DNA of 64,000 nucleotides, taken from assembly GCA_038496445.1 (NCBI GenBank), contig JALMLS010000334.1:124001-188000 (forward strand), read 5' to 3'. The DNA is from Trichosphaerium sp. ATCC 40318. Taxonomy: Eukaryota > Protista > Tubulinea. A model generated the notes under the pieces. The model worked only from the letters and a program-made list of their open reading frames with translations. It was not told where the DNA came from and made no database searches. Shown in pieces: positions 34,926-48,284 of the stretch. Positions within the stretch are counted from its first letter, which is position 1; every line of letters starts with the position of its first letter. A program made the translations under genes and the position numbers.

Positions 34926-36118
34926 ATGGAGGCTACAGTATTTAAAGTACCAACGAAGAAGGGTGATGTTTCGCTTTCTATCTCAGAAAAGGAGAACAGT
35001 GCCCTAGAGTTCATTGCGGAGGCATCAGTGCAAGGAAGGTTCGTTTGATGACGATTTTAAAACGCACAACAATTTGCGACGAAAACAAACTCGTCGAGTT
35101 GTCGGAAATTACTGCGCACATACGCTGCGTGGTGTTTATAGTCTAATACAATACTTACGCAATGTTTTAGGCCTAAAACACTTTATCGCTTTGTTGTACT
35201 ACCAGAAGTCATTCCTACGCTCACCAAACATGTTTGCGAAGATGCAAAGACATTTGCCGTACTTATAGAAAAGGCATGCAACACATCCGATTCAGAAGCA
35301 ACACTAGCAATAGCAATAAAGGTAAGCGCATTTTCGTACGAAACTAGCAGTTCGTTGTAGAAATTAAAATACGAAAAAAGAAAAAGGTCGTAAAATCGTT
35401 TTCTTTTAGCTCTAAAAAACACTTCTGACGCTTACATTCGTTTCAAAAAAACTGTCCATTTCGAGAAATACAAAAAAGCGTACTCTTTCTAAATTTTCTA
35501 TAAATGCCTCGATATTCACTGTACTAACTTTTAACGCAGTCAGAGTTCATTAGACTCAAGTTTGCCGTTGAATTCATAACGACAAAAAAGTTTTCGATCG
35601 AGTTGCCACTAGAAAAGCAACTAGAGGATACAGACTCTAATGAGTCGCTAGAATTAAACCATTTACAAACAAAAATAGCAGATCTAGCAGCTCAAGTTGT
35701 TTATTGTCGACAGAATATTAAGTTTTTACAAAAACGATTAAGCAAGGAAAAGTATTCAGGTGGAATTTACTTTAAACAGAATTTCACTGCTGTAGACTTT
35801 GCAAAGGATACATGGACAACAATACTTCAAATGCAAGTACCTAGAGGTAGATATGCTGTAACATACTCCTTCTTTGCAAGATCAGGAAACACAAAACCAG
35901 AAGTAATAGATTACAAGTTACTTTCTGGTTCTGATTATGTTGTTGGTAGAGATTTATACATGACAGGCTATAGAGACCATTTTATCCATTTTACTAATAC
36001 TGTGGAGCATACCTCTAATGGTAAGGATGTTCTCTCTTTAATGGCAAAAGCGAAACTTGGTATAGAGATGAGAAGATTCACACTTAAAGTTGAACCAATA
36101 CTTGAAGGAGACTATTAA
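34926..36118 (+). CDS. Hypothetical protein with a coiled coil and a C-terminal beta-rich domain
   Basis: Three exons splice into the 171-aa terminal ORF; no recognised family. Confidence 0.6.
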
Positions 36119-36399
36119 AAGAAAAAACATGAAAAAGATAAAAAACCTGTCACTTGTATAATAAACACAATATTTAAACAAAAAGAACTTCAACATATGA
36201 ACCCTAAAGAGTGCAACATTCATTGAACAAAAAGAGACACAAAAAGGAAATTCAACTTGTTTTTCTTTATTCAAACACGTGATTTTAATTGATACTTGCT
36301 TATTAGTTATAGCCATTGTATAGTAGTGATTTAAGATAAAACACAGAATATCGATTAGAGGTAAGGAAAGGAAACGTTGCAAACTTAGATGCACATACT

Positions 36400-37662
36400 T
36401 TATAAAGATTTTTCATGTTTATTAAGAAGAGAAATTTTGTAAAGTTGACATGTACTCTGTCCTGTCTTTGTTGAAACATATAAGTAACCTTTACACCAAT
36501 GCAAAGCTCTTACAAGCTCAAATTTTATATCAGTCTTAAGTTTAAAAACAGCATTATAACGCCACTTCCTCAACAAAACAAAAATACCATCATTAGCACC
36601 AATAAAAAAATCACCTTCTTTAGACGCTGTTATAGCGCCTATCCATCTTCTATGCTCATAAACTGATCGTACAATACCCTTAGATATAACACGAACTCTT
36701 TTATAGTCAGTAAAGTATATATCATCTGATAACGGATCAGCAACGATATCCCAAGGTTTGAATAAAAGAGCATTTTTTACATTTCCATCTTCTCGACCTT
36801 TCTTCCTTCCTGTACCAGCAAACACAGATACTAGTCCTTTTTTATCAATCTTTCTTATCGTATAAGTACCTTTATCACATACAAGAAGGTTACCATTATG
36901 ATCGAAGCACATGCCTTTTAAATTCTCGAAAGCTGAATATTTTCCTGGTCCATTTCTGAATCCTTTTACTATTTCTTGACCTGCTAAATGCTCCACTGGA
37001 CCTGAAACAATTTTGATATTAAAACCTCCTGATACTAGTACACGATCCATAGAATCAACAGCAATACCAAAAGGATGTTGTAGACGCGCCAGAGATCCAC
37101 AAACAAGAGATATCTTATGAGTGTCATGTTGAAGCATATGAACGTTGCTGTTATCGAAATCTACCGTAACGAGCTGAAAATGCGTTAGTTGAACCGAGAA
37201 GCCGAAAAAAAATTTGTATGCGCCATGTAAATACAATTAAATAAGTCAGTCGGTAACGTAAAGTAACGTGCGAAGAGGTACTGTGTATTGTATTTGCGGG
37301 ATCTAAATTGAAAAAAAAAGTATGTTTGACGTACATTTCCTTTACTTGTTGATGCGATGCTGTACAGACGTTGTAGTACGCCAATATCAATATTTAATAC
37401 GTTTTTATGAATCTTTCGGCAAAACTAGGCCATTGTAAGCGTTAACGGTTTTTAACTGCGTATTAAATACCTGAAGTAACCTTGTTCTATCTAGAGCTTG
37501 CTTACAAAACCTACATGTTAAACGTAGCTTCAAAATTACTTTTAGGTTTAAATGTAACGATATCTCATATATGAGCTCCGTGGGAAGATCGATCAGAAAC
37601 GATACAACATTGCTTTGCATTTTATTGCTGTAATTTGTTTTCGTATTTAGTCTTGTTGCCAT
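36400..37662 (-). CDS. F-box + NHL-repeat beta-propeller protein
   Basis: LIDLPTELIYEISLHL...LRLTCR; PFGIAVDSMDRVLV, GMCFDHNGNLLVCDKGTYTIRKI, VFAGTG...DG...PWDIV. Confidence 0.85.
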
Positions 37663-38007
37663 TGTACCATCATTGGCTTACTTCGTCGTGTGTGCAGTGA
37701 AATCAGCTGTCAAAAACTGATTTTTTTGCCTAATTCCACACCAGTCAACAGTATTTACCTAAAGGCCTGCGGTGACATGATTCTTACGCAGTATTTAAAC
37801 GCTGAGATTGTTCACGCAGTTTTTTGAGGCTGTTTAAACAAAATTGCTTGATGCAGTTTGACACTTTCTTCTTTTGGTGTTTTGTTACGCCTGCGGGAGT
37901 ACTAAATACTTTTTTGACGTATACCTATTCGGGCTGGATAGCATTTTTGGTCAAAAAGGGTTCCTACAACTTAAACACTCACCACACGCACCACTCGACT
38001 GATAGAA

Positions 38008-41000
38008 ATGTATCGGGAGAGTATTTCACTCGCTCAAATAGCTATGCTACTAGCGCTGTTTGCGGTGATATGCACAGCTCAATGCGAACACCAAAGAGGC
38101 GCTTTCAGCAAAACGGTACACTATTTGAACTTGTTACATTTTAAACGCGGTCTAGGTTAGCCAAGGCGTTGGAAGAAGCTTCACAGTTACCGGAAGATGG
38201 CTCTACGATGTCGCTGATGGTGACTACGACACAATTACAGTAAAGGTATGTTTTTAAACAATCAAGTCCTTCCTCTCATCGCGTACACAAGGGAACTCTC
38301 GTTTTCGACGATACAAAGGACTTACGTATCTCTGCACGCTCAATAATCGTTGACCAAGGCGGTGAGATGATTGTAGGTGCGGGACCATACTATAGCCGTG
38401 GAGGCTGGGATATTAGAATATATATATATTAGAATATCGTTTTATTTACATTGAACGTAGGAACGGAATCTTGCCCTTTCAAGCACAAAGCACGAATCAT
38501 CTTGAAATCTGGTTCAAACGACGCTGCATTTGGATCAAAAGTTGTACGTTGTATTATCAGTTAAAAAGAGCTTTTATATTCTTCTTAATTGCCTTTAATA
38601 GATTGGCGTACGTACTGGTGGTAAACTTACTATGATTGGTGACATGAGAACACCTTCTTGGACAGAACTCTTTGAGTCTGTTAACAAAGGAGATAACACA
38701 ATCAAACTTATGTACGAAAAAAATCGGAAAATAGTTTTCCTTTTTGTGCAACTCCCAGAAGTTTTGGTTGTTTTTTTTAAATTTTCTGGTAGCGCATTAG
38801 AAAGTATGGATAATTTTAAATTCAGAAAAAACGTGATTGAATTACAAATATGCTTTTTGAACGAAGATTTCTTTGTAGTTTTGTTTTATTCACTTGCCAG
38901 TTTCTATTTTACTTATAAGTTTATAAGGCGCAAAGTCAAGTGGATACCAGGAGACAGAGTTGTACTTATAAACACAGATTTTCAAGAACATCAGCCTGCT
39001 GTTGATGTCAACAGACTTGAGGTAAAGCTCAGCTAAACATTTTATTTTTCTAAATAAAACCCTACTTAGAGGTTTAACATGCAACTTGGGCAAACAGAGT
39101 TCTTTACTGTTTCATCAGTAAGTAATGATGGCACGACCGTTACACTAGATGGGAAAATGGAGTACTTCAAATATGCTAAGATCCAGCACGGAGCAAGCTT
39201 CAGAGGCGAGGTAAATTCTATTGTTTTTTTTATCATACTTACAAACTTCAGGTTGGTATGCTTACACGTAACATTGTCGTCACTGGAGACGAGTCTTCAG
39301 CATCCAAAGGATTTGGTGGACACATGATGTTTATGAAAGGTAGCAGCATCAAGATACAAGCTATTGAAGTTACAAGATGTGGACAGTTTGGTGTATTTGG
39401 TCGTTATCCAGTTCACTTTCACATGGCAGGCGATATGTCTGGTAGTTACATTAAGGATTGTGCTATCCACAACAAGTAAGTGTTATTTATTGGATACAGA
39501 ACCATTAACGTTTATTTGAAAGCTATCAACGTGCTATCACAATTCATGCGACAAACAATGTGCTCATATCACGAAACGTTGCAGTTAACACTTACGGACA
39601 CATGTACTTTATGGAAGGTGAGCGATCATAGCTTATTCCTTTTTTGTTGTTGTGGCAGCATCGAAGATAATGACTTGGTTACTTTTTATTAGATGGCAAT
39701 GAAGTTGGCAATAAGTTCTATTGGAACCTTGGTGCACAAGTATTCAGGGTACCCTATTTTTTTTTTTGGACTTTCGTTTTTTGAATATTGTGAGACTTAT
39801 ACCACGTGTTTTTAGCATCCTAAATCTCCGTCACCATTCCCAGATACCGATAAAGAAAAACCATCAATCTTTTGGATCGCGTACCCATTTATTGTTTACA
39901 ATTCAGTTATTGATCACGTTTTTTTTAGAAATCCAGACAACGAGTTTGTAGAGAATCGTGCAGCACTTTCTCCATTTGTATGTGTTTGGATGGCATTCCC
40001 AAGGCGTCCAACTGGAAAATCACATACACTTGACACTATACCACGTTATGCGCCTTTAAGACGGTTTGTTAATAACGTTATTCATGGTACTTCCTCTTTG
40101 CAATTTTTTTTTCTCTAATTCCCTATTTTTTTTCCCAGGTTGTAAACATGATGGCTTGCATGTTGATACAATGACCAATAGAGGTAATAAAATATCAGGA
40201 GATGACCCTGATTCATGGAAAAAAATAAAACAAGTCATGGATTCTGGTAGAACGAAAGACAAAACTATTGGTGGAGGGTACTGTTTTTTTGGTTTTTTTT
40301 TCATTTTCATTGATTGTTTTTTCATTAGTTACTATGCTCACAAGAGTTCCTCCTTGCAAGACTTTGTTGACTATGAAGATCAACGTGCTAATAACCCTGA
40401 AATTACTGCTGTATTCTATGGAAATAAGTTCTATAGATGTCAGGAACATGGTGTATGGGTTAGAGGTGGTAAATTCTCCTTTCAAAGATCTGTTTTCGCT
40501 GATAATGCCATGTATGTTATCCTTTTTTTTCTGTTTTTTCTTTTCGTATCTAACCTCGTTTACTATGTAGCGGTATAACACTCGCCATTAATTCAGGATA
40601 TGGTGAAGTAATAGAGAGCACATTTATTGGTGAAACAGATAATCTAGGATTTGTTATGAAATGGTGGATTGACAGAAGTGCGAATCAAATAAATCAACAA
40701 ATCTTTTGTATTTTTTTCTGACTTGTCTTTAGATGGATACGGATGGGGACCTGTACCTGGACAAGCGCCTTATAGGTCTATCCCAAAACCATTTAATTCT
40801 GCTTATCCTATTCGTGGATACGAGTTTTACGACGGACCAAATAAACTCCAGAATTGTAAATTCTACAACTATGTCAGCAACTCTAGAAGAAAAGCATCTG
40901 CAGTAAGTTGCCTATTTCAAGTCGTTTTTATTTACAGTGTTTTAACTTTTTTTCTTCTCCCAATAGATTGGTGCACTACAAGAGAATAGTTTCATCATTT

Positions 41001-42285
41001 CACCATATAACTATGGTATAAATAACTGGATTCAACCTGGTAGTCAAAGAACATACTTTCCTGATGTCGTTCATGTATGTTTTTTTTTTTTTGGTTCCAG
41101 TGAATCATTAACCTTTTTATTATAGGATGCTGATAAGTCTATTATCATCCGTGATATGGACGGTTCGATCTCAATGCGAGGCACAACACAGACAGAGAGA
41201 TACCCTGTGATTATCAATAACCTAAAGTTTTTATGGACCAAGAACTGTGTTGAAGACAAGGAAGGAGAAAACTTTGTGTACGGATTATTCACGAGGTTTT
41301 TTTTGAGATTATAATAACCTATTCTATCTAGGTGTCCTAACCAGTATGCACGTGTGCGTTTAATCTTGGAACACGATAGTCTTTCAAGTGATAATCTTGA
41401 AAACCAAAAAGGACATGTTAGGTTAACACGTGCTGATCGTGTTCAACTTCCTGGACGTCCAGCAGAAAAGGGTGAAACGGTATACCTTTGTTATCCCTTC
41501 ACACGTCTTTACTCATATTTAGTACCTTTGTGGTGGCTCTTGCAACCTTCCATCTGAGCGATCCGATAGAGATAAGCAAAGAAAGCATCTTAGAAAAAGC
41601 AGTGGACTATGGACAGCTATTCCAAACAGAAAAGACGTTTATGCTGAATTCTTGACTAGAAGAACACCAAAAAAGATAACAATATTCACAGCAGGACAAG
41701 TCACCAATGCTTTTGGTAAACCTGTTTTCGAAGGACCTTTTAATGATGTCCGTGTTGGTTTCTGTTATCCAAGAAATGCTCAAGTGAAGGTTACATTCCA
41801 AGGACGAGAAGCAAATCCTGTAAGTGTTTTTGTTCTTTTCTTCGAAATTTATCTTTTTCGTTTGGAGTCTTCCTTTCTTATACAATTTAGGCTTCATCTC
41901 TTGCTCAATTCCGTTCCTTCTCTCCTAGTACACCTGATGAAGCTAGAAGAGGTCATAATATGTGGTATCATGACAAAAGCTCAGGGTTGGTTTGGTTAAG
42001 AGTGCGCACTTCGTTTTTTATCCAAAAACTTTGTATTGATGTTTTATCGTAAAGACAATTCCTTCATCTACGATGAGAGATTCTAGACAGTTGACACAAG
42101 GAGAACCAAATGTTGATATATCAGTTACGAATGGTGTAACCAACCTGGGGTCTTGTAATATGCCTATCACAAACCCATCAAATGATGTGACGACGATTCC
42201 TTCACTTGGAAATGTACCACCAATCCCTGCTTGGTCTCTTTCCCAACCTTCAGAACCTTTTGATAATACAGGTACGCTTCTATAG
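38008..42285 (+). CDS. Secreted G8-domain / parallel beta-helix protein (CEMIP/TMEM2/fibrocystin-like)
   Basis: Signal peptide; GTLVFDD, GEVGMLTRNIVV, FGGHMM, GQFGVFGRYPVHFH, HNSYQRAITIH, GHMYFMEDGNE, PIRGYEFYDGP; 3' end uncertain. Confidence 0.88.
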
Positions 42286-43270
42286 CATAAAAATAGGATG
42301 GTAAGTAGGAAGAGTCGAAGAATTAGGAAAGCGAGAGGAGGTTTAGGTTTAGGTTTAGGCGTAGATAGGTTTTTGGAGCATTGCTTTTAGAAGGATAGGT
42401 GGGTAGAGCTAGATTAGGATCATAGGAGGATATATATTATAGAGCATTATTGGCTTGTTGTAGGTAGATTCAGAGTGGATGATGATCTAGTGTAGCATGT
42501 TGTAGAAGATGATAAAAAATGCATTTTTTTTTGTACCTTTTATCTTCGGTTTATTGTAAATGAGCGAGCTAAGATGTGCAGCTTTTGTTGAGTGTCATTT
42601 CGAAATAGATGGTAGAGAGTTTATTCAAACAACTGCTGTTACTATAGTTCCTAATATCTTACCTTCCCCAAGCAGGGTCCCTTGTGATTTCCTCCTGGGC
42701 TTCCTCTTCATTAGCGCTATCAACACGATAGATCATAAATTTTTAATTCCTGAGCAATGAATCTACCTTGAATAGCGGAAGCGTTCATCCTTATTGGAAT
42801 GTAGGAGAAAGACTCGGGAATCACTGGACAAAATCTAGTGTTGGCCGTCCAATTTGTTACAGCTGAAAAAAGGAAAGGTGACTTCTCTGGTAATGTGTAG
42901 AACGCTTACAGTAGGCTAAAAGTGTTCGCCCACGTGTTTATTTCTTCTTCAACAAACAGCCTAAGAAATTATGGTTTATTGCTGCCTATGAGCGAAATAC
43001 TTGATTATTGACTAAACTACAATAGATGGATCTACTTTCGAGACTATTCAAACAGCTACAAAGCATCTATGAAATGGCATTCATCTTGCATTGGGATTGT
43101 AGTTGTGAATACAACAGACTAAACAATGACAAGTCTTGTGCGAGCTCTCTAAATACCCGACTATGGTGTATCATAGGATGGCTTTATTTACAAAGGCTTT
43201 TTTTTCTGTACGATCTGTTTGTACACCAAGAAAATGATGTTTACCTCATCAATGTTCTGTGTCTGCCACA

Positions 43271-43635
43271 GGCAACTATGAACAGCTGCAGTTTCGTTCG
43301 TGTGTACCTCTTAAATGTTGCGTACCTATACAGGTTCCTACTATTGAAGTAATACATCAATAATAGAGCGGCCAAGCAAGAGATTGCTATGATGCACAAC
43401 TGACTGTTCTGTTATTGCAGTGCCGCTTCTACTTTGTTTTTGTACAACAGCTATATATCTATCATAGGCAACTAGTTATCCTGGTATTTACTGTTCCGTT
43501 ATTGTGTACCTCTTCAATATTGAGTTTTGTCTAGTTTCCTCATACTGAAATGGCCGTAACAGAGATTGCGATGTAAACAACCAACTGACTGCGTTCTGTT
43601 ATTTCATGTGCAACAGATTCTACTTTATTGAAGTA
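43271..43635. repeat. Diverged ~195-bp direct duplication (possible LRR gene relic on the minus strand)
   Basis: Copies starting 43271 and 43467 share in order GGCAACTA, TGTGTACCTCTT, AGAGATTGC, CAACTGACTG, TTCTGTTATT, TTCTACTTT. Confidence 0.7.
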
Positions 43636-44269
43636 TAACCATACTATGTACATGGCCAATAGGATATTGGGCAGAGGATGGGCGAGAAAAAAAGCCGAAG
43701 ACAAAACGCATGAATATCTGTAGGAGATTGGAACTTCCTCATTTTGTGTATCGAAGAAAAGATAAAAAAACCTCTGTGAAGTATTAACCCTCAGTCGATT
43801 TTAAAGAGATGTGGGGATAACGGAGAATTTATTCATTGTCAAACATGACGAAGATCAAATCATTCACGTTTTTATTGTTGGTACAAGATTCGGATGTAAA
43901 AAAACCAGTTGTTACGAGTTCATGGGTAAACCAGTGTTACTGATATACTTGACCATGTATTGCTTGTGCTTCTTAGGAGCACCAAGGTAATTTTGCCCAA
44001 AGTGTGTTCCTTTTTTAACTTTTTTTATTTTTTATCTTTTTTGATTTAAAATGGTCACCAAAGAACAATGTAAGCGATCAAACAACTAGACCGAGAGAAA
44101 ACGGCACGAATGAGACAATCTTAAAATGTTGATGTTATCTGTTCATGTGAATAAATCACGTGAAAGTTACTCAAATCTGGGTTTCACAACCAAAACCTGA
44201 TACGTTGAATCACAACAAACTGAATCATAAAACATAAAACAACAAACAACAAACAACAACTGCAAAAGC

Positions 44270-45462
44270 ATGACAACAAATCAACAATTCGTATTATTCG
44301 TTGCAATCTGTCTTTCTTGTGTCGTATTCTCGGCTCAAGCAAGAAGATGTTGTACAAGCTGTACATGTCCAAACACCTGTGACTTTACACGTAACTGTAT
44401 TGTCGTCGACAACGAAAGAGACGGTACACTTACTTCCATTGTTTTATTGCCGTTGACAATCTTTATTGTTTTCTTACTGTTTTTCTTCAAGACGACATCG
44501 TTGGCCGTTGTATTATCGTTACAGCTGGAGGTGAAGTCGATGGCGACATATTATCTCAAGGAAACAACCCTTTGTGTGTTCGCGTTGAGCGAGGAGGCAA
44601 AGTGAGTGGAAGTATCAAGTCAAACGGTGGAAATGATGTTGTTGAAATCGACAATGGAGAAGTTGAAGGTGAAATCAATACTGGTACGTATTTCTAAACC
44701 TTCACACAGTTTCCAACTTGAAATAATGTGATAACTGACAATCAATAGGATCTGGTAGAGATTGTGTGACACTCACAAACGATGCTGAGACTGAACAAAT
44801 TAAACTCGGATCAGGAAATGATTTCTTCTCTTCATCAAACTCTGATATTGATGACGACGTCATTGGTGGAGGTATGTTGTTTCTTTATCGGTTCTGAATA
44901 GACAACGGTTACTTATTGTACTGTGGTTTAGATGGAGATGACTGTTTCTCATTTGTCGATACTTCAGCAGATAAATGTGAGATGGGATCAGGTGATGATT
45001 GCTTGGATGCAATGGAATCTGAATTTGATGATGATATTCTAGGTATGATCACATTATCACTGACACCCTTACTAACCTGTTTAAAAGGCGATGATGGAAA
45101 CGACTGTATCTCATTTGTAAACACTGAAATTGATGGATCTATCAAAGGAGGACAAGGAAACGACCACATATTCGGATCTGGACGTACATCATCTGTAGAT
45201 GGAGATGTTAACGGCGAAGACGGAAATGACAAGATCAGGTTAGTTGGTATCTCTGAGGTTGATGGAGATGTAAACGGTGACGATGGTAAGTACAAAAGAA
45301 ACCTAGATTGCTGCATGTCTTCATATTAATTTGTATCCAGGAAGAGATAGAATCACTGTTTGTAATGTCGGAAATGAACCAGATGTCAAAGGTGGAAGTG
45401 GAAGAGATGTTTGTAAAACCAACTCAGACACTGATGACTGTGAAGTCGAAAGATCTTGTTAG
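44270..45462 (+). CDS. Secreted Cys/Asp/Gly-rich protein with RTX-like (GGxGxD) Ca2+-binding repeats
   Basis: Signal peptide; GSGRDCV, GSGNDFF, GGDGDDCF, GSGDDCL, GDDGNDCI, GGQGNDHI, GEDGNDKI, GDDGRDRI, GGSGRDVC. Confidence 0.8.
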
Positions 45463-45827
45463 ACAACGTGTCTGCTTCCTTAAAGTAATAAACTTTACCC
45501 TTCATCCCAACACAACGCACCCTTTTTTACTTTAATCTTACAAATAGAGCGCTAGTTTCGTCAATAAATCGTTTGTTTCTATGCTAGTTAGCTTTGACAT
45601 GTCTTGTCACGTGAGAGTTGGTTTTATCTGGTTTAAGTCCTTTTCCTACAATTTTGCGTAGCTTTACGATTGTGGTGCTTTGTTTGTGATATGTATTGGC
45701 TCTGATTGTATTAAACCAGTTTTCTATTCTTGTACGTGAAAATGAGTGGCTCAGTGATTGCTTTATTTATTTTCGAGAACTTCTTTATTAGGTAGGGACT
45801 TTCAGCGCTAGTCAAATAAGTTTTAAA

Positions 45828-48261
45828 ATGACGATTTACGCCTTGGTATCACTAGGGTTTGTCCTAACAATATGCTTAAAAATAACTACCGGTACGTTAT
45901 AGCTACTAGATAGAATTTAAAAGAACAATAGTCACGACACGTGATACCAAACGTTTGTTTTTTTTTTCACGATGCTAAGTGGTTATAGGACAAGTTGTTT
46001 ATGAGGCTTTTATATTGCCAGGATCTGGAGACATTGACGATTGTCAAAGCGTACATTTACGCATAAACGACAGTAGTAGGGACGCTGTGTTATTGAAACA
46101 TGAGATATATGACCACGAAGGTACACTTTAGGAACAGAAAGGAAAACAAAAAAAAAAAAACAATAAGTAGTAATTAATTAACTAACCGGATTTAAAGACG
46201 GTATTATTCCCTTTGGGTTTGTTATTACGTCTGCAGTGTTACAATTTCGTGTATCGGATGTGAGCCAAAATGCTTCAGGGGCAATTTATGAAATGAAGCG
46301 CGCATGGGATGAGACCACGTGGGGACCTGGCACTAACAGCACAGGGCCAGGTACGCTTGTTTTTAACAATATACAAAAAAAATCAAAACTAAAAACCTAA
46401 CTGGTAACTTTTTTTGACGTCATAATTTTGCACGTGACCAAATTTATTTGTGAAGACAACATAAAATACCAACGATATTTTTGTGTTAAGATTTTGTGCT
46501 TCAATTTTGTATTGAGATAATCTCAAAGAAAACTTTTCATTAAACTAATCAGGTTACGTTAACTGGTGTTGTTAGTACGCGGTGTGGATTATTCCAGCGA
46601 ACCTATTGGTTACTATGGAGGTCTAATGGATGGAGATGAATCAAATATTACAATTACGGATAGTGTAGTTAAATGGCTTAATCCACAAATAGCAAATCAT
46701 GGTTGGATTATTATAAGCGGTATTTGATTATTCTTTCCTAACTTTTTTTTGGCTTATCTATAACACAGATGTGAACCACAAAGTGTACTCTTGTGAGTCA
46801 TCATCTCCACCAATTGTATTCGCGCATTACACACCACCAGATATACCATTTGAGTGTGGTTTCTACAAAGACGAGCGTACGCTCCAAAACTCTCCTAGTT
46901 TTTTTTTAGGTGTTGCTTCTAAGATCATCTTAGCGCTATCGATTTGGTACCCTGAGCCCTTCCTCGCACATACACGCTTCTGTGTGGTATGTAGACCACC
47001 TCCAATATGGATATCGTTCGTGGAGCCATCTAAAGCTAAAGATACAACTACAATACTTAATGGAAAACTGATCCCAGCAAGAAGCATTGATCCACGACCA
47101 GATTGGGTTGGTATGTATTTTATCTTTTTCTAGTCCTCATTAGCTAGAGTTATACGCTAATTCTCTCCATAGTTGGGATATGTCTGAGTGTACCGCCTGA
47201 TTTTACTGTTGCAAACATAGAAATTGTTCTTCGGTACATTATCCTGTTTTTTTTGTTCTTCTTCTTCTTCGGTTCTAAGCTGTGCCTTTAGTACAAGTCA
47301 TCAAATAGGAATATCAATGCAACCTTTATCTTACAGTACAGATTTACCAAATGAGATTGGTACGGTGTTTATATTTGGTTTCGCAAACCTTTTTAAGCCA
47401 ATTGTTTTGTTAAGTTTGGGCACTAACTAATAACTCAACAAGGATGCGACAATTTTGAATGTAGTAATGATACTGTTGTTATAAATTCTACAGTATCTGG
47501 TGAAATATACCAAGACGATGTAATACAGATATTCAGTGATACCACTATCAACGGTGACTTTGAAGTACAAGGTGCAAAACTTTTTTTTTTTTTTTCTTAG
47601 TTTGTTGATTTTTTACTAAGGCTCGATTACCCTTGACCAAACGACACAGTTGGAAATAAAAGGATGCTTAAATATTTCTAATAGTGTTACTATAAAGCTT
47701 ATGGACAACGAGACATACACAGATGGCCAAGAAATTACTGAAATTGGAGTAGAGTGTGATGTTAGTGTAAGTACTCGTAATTTTATTGTTCAAATGGTCA
47801 TTCCCATCTAGGACAGTATGTTTTTGTTATCAGGCGGTAAAACAGCGGTAAGACGGTATACATGGAATTAACGTTTTAATAGTATTTTTAGCGACCTTGC
47901 GAGAAATTACGACCAACAACGAAACCAAGTTCAAGCGGTGTTTTATTAGTTGTATCTGTTGACAAAGACGGATGTGATGTATCTTCCTCTTCCTCTGATG
48001 CTGCACTACAAATCATAGTACCTGCAACAGTTGGTGGAGTAGTACTCATAGCATTATTGATCGGTGTTATCATTTTTATAGTGAGGTAAGCGCACGTGTT
48101 TCTTTTTTTTTTTCGGGACAAAATCTATTACTTAATGTGTTTAAGTCAGTACGTTGACAGTCTTTTTTTTTTACAACAGGTGGCAACGAGTCAACGATTT
48201 TTCACTCACCAAAGTGATGTCTAGAAGTAGATCTATGACTGGAACTATTGATACAAATTAA
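45828..48261 (+). CDS. Type I membrane glycoprotein with an N-terminal DNRLRE-like domain
   Basis: Signal peptide; ITSAVLQF...IYEMKRAWDETTW...ITDSVVKWLNPQIANHGWII; TM IIVPATVGGVVLIALLIGVIIFIV; short cytosolic tail. Confidence 0.7.
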
Positions 48262-48284
48262 ACAAAGAGACAGCTTTTATTTTT

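Noticed and set aside
42342-42359. Telomere or chromosome end
   Set aside because: Only three TTTAGG units, internal, in a purine-skewed tract
44909-45316. 135-aa minus-strand Ser/Pro-rich ORF
   Set aside because: Antisense shadow of the RTX-repeat exons
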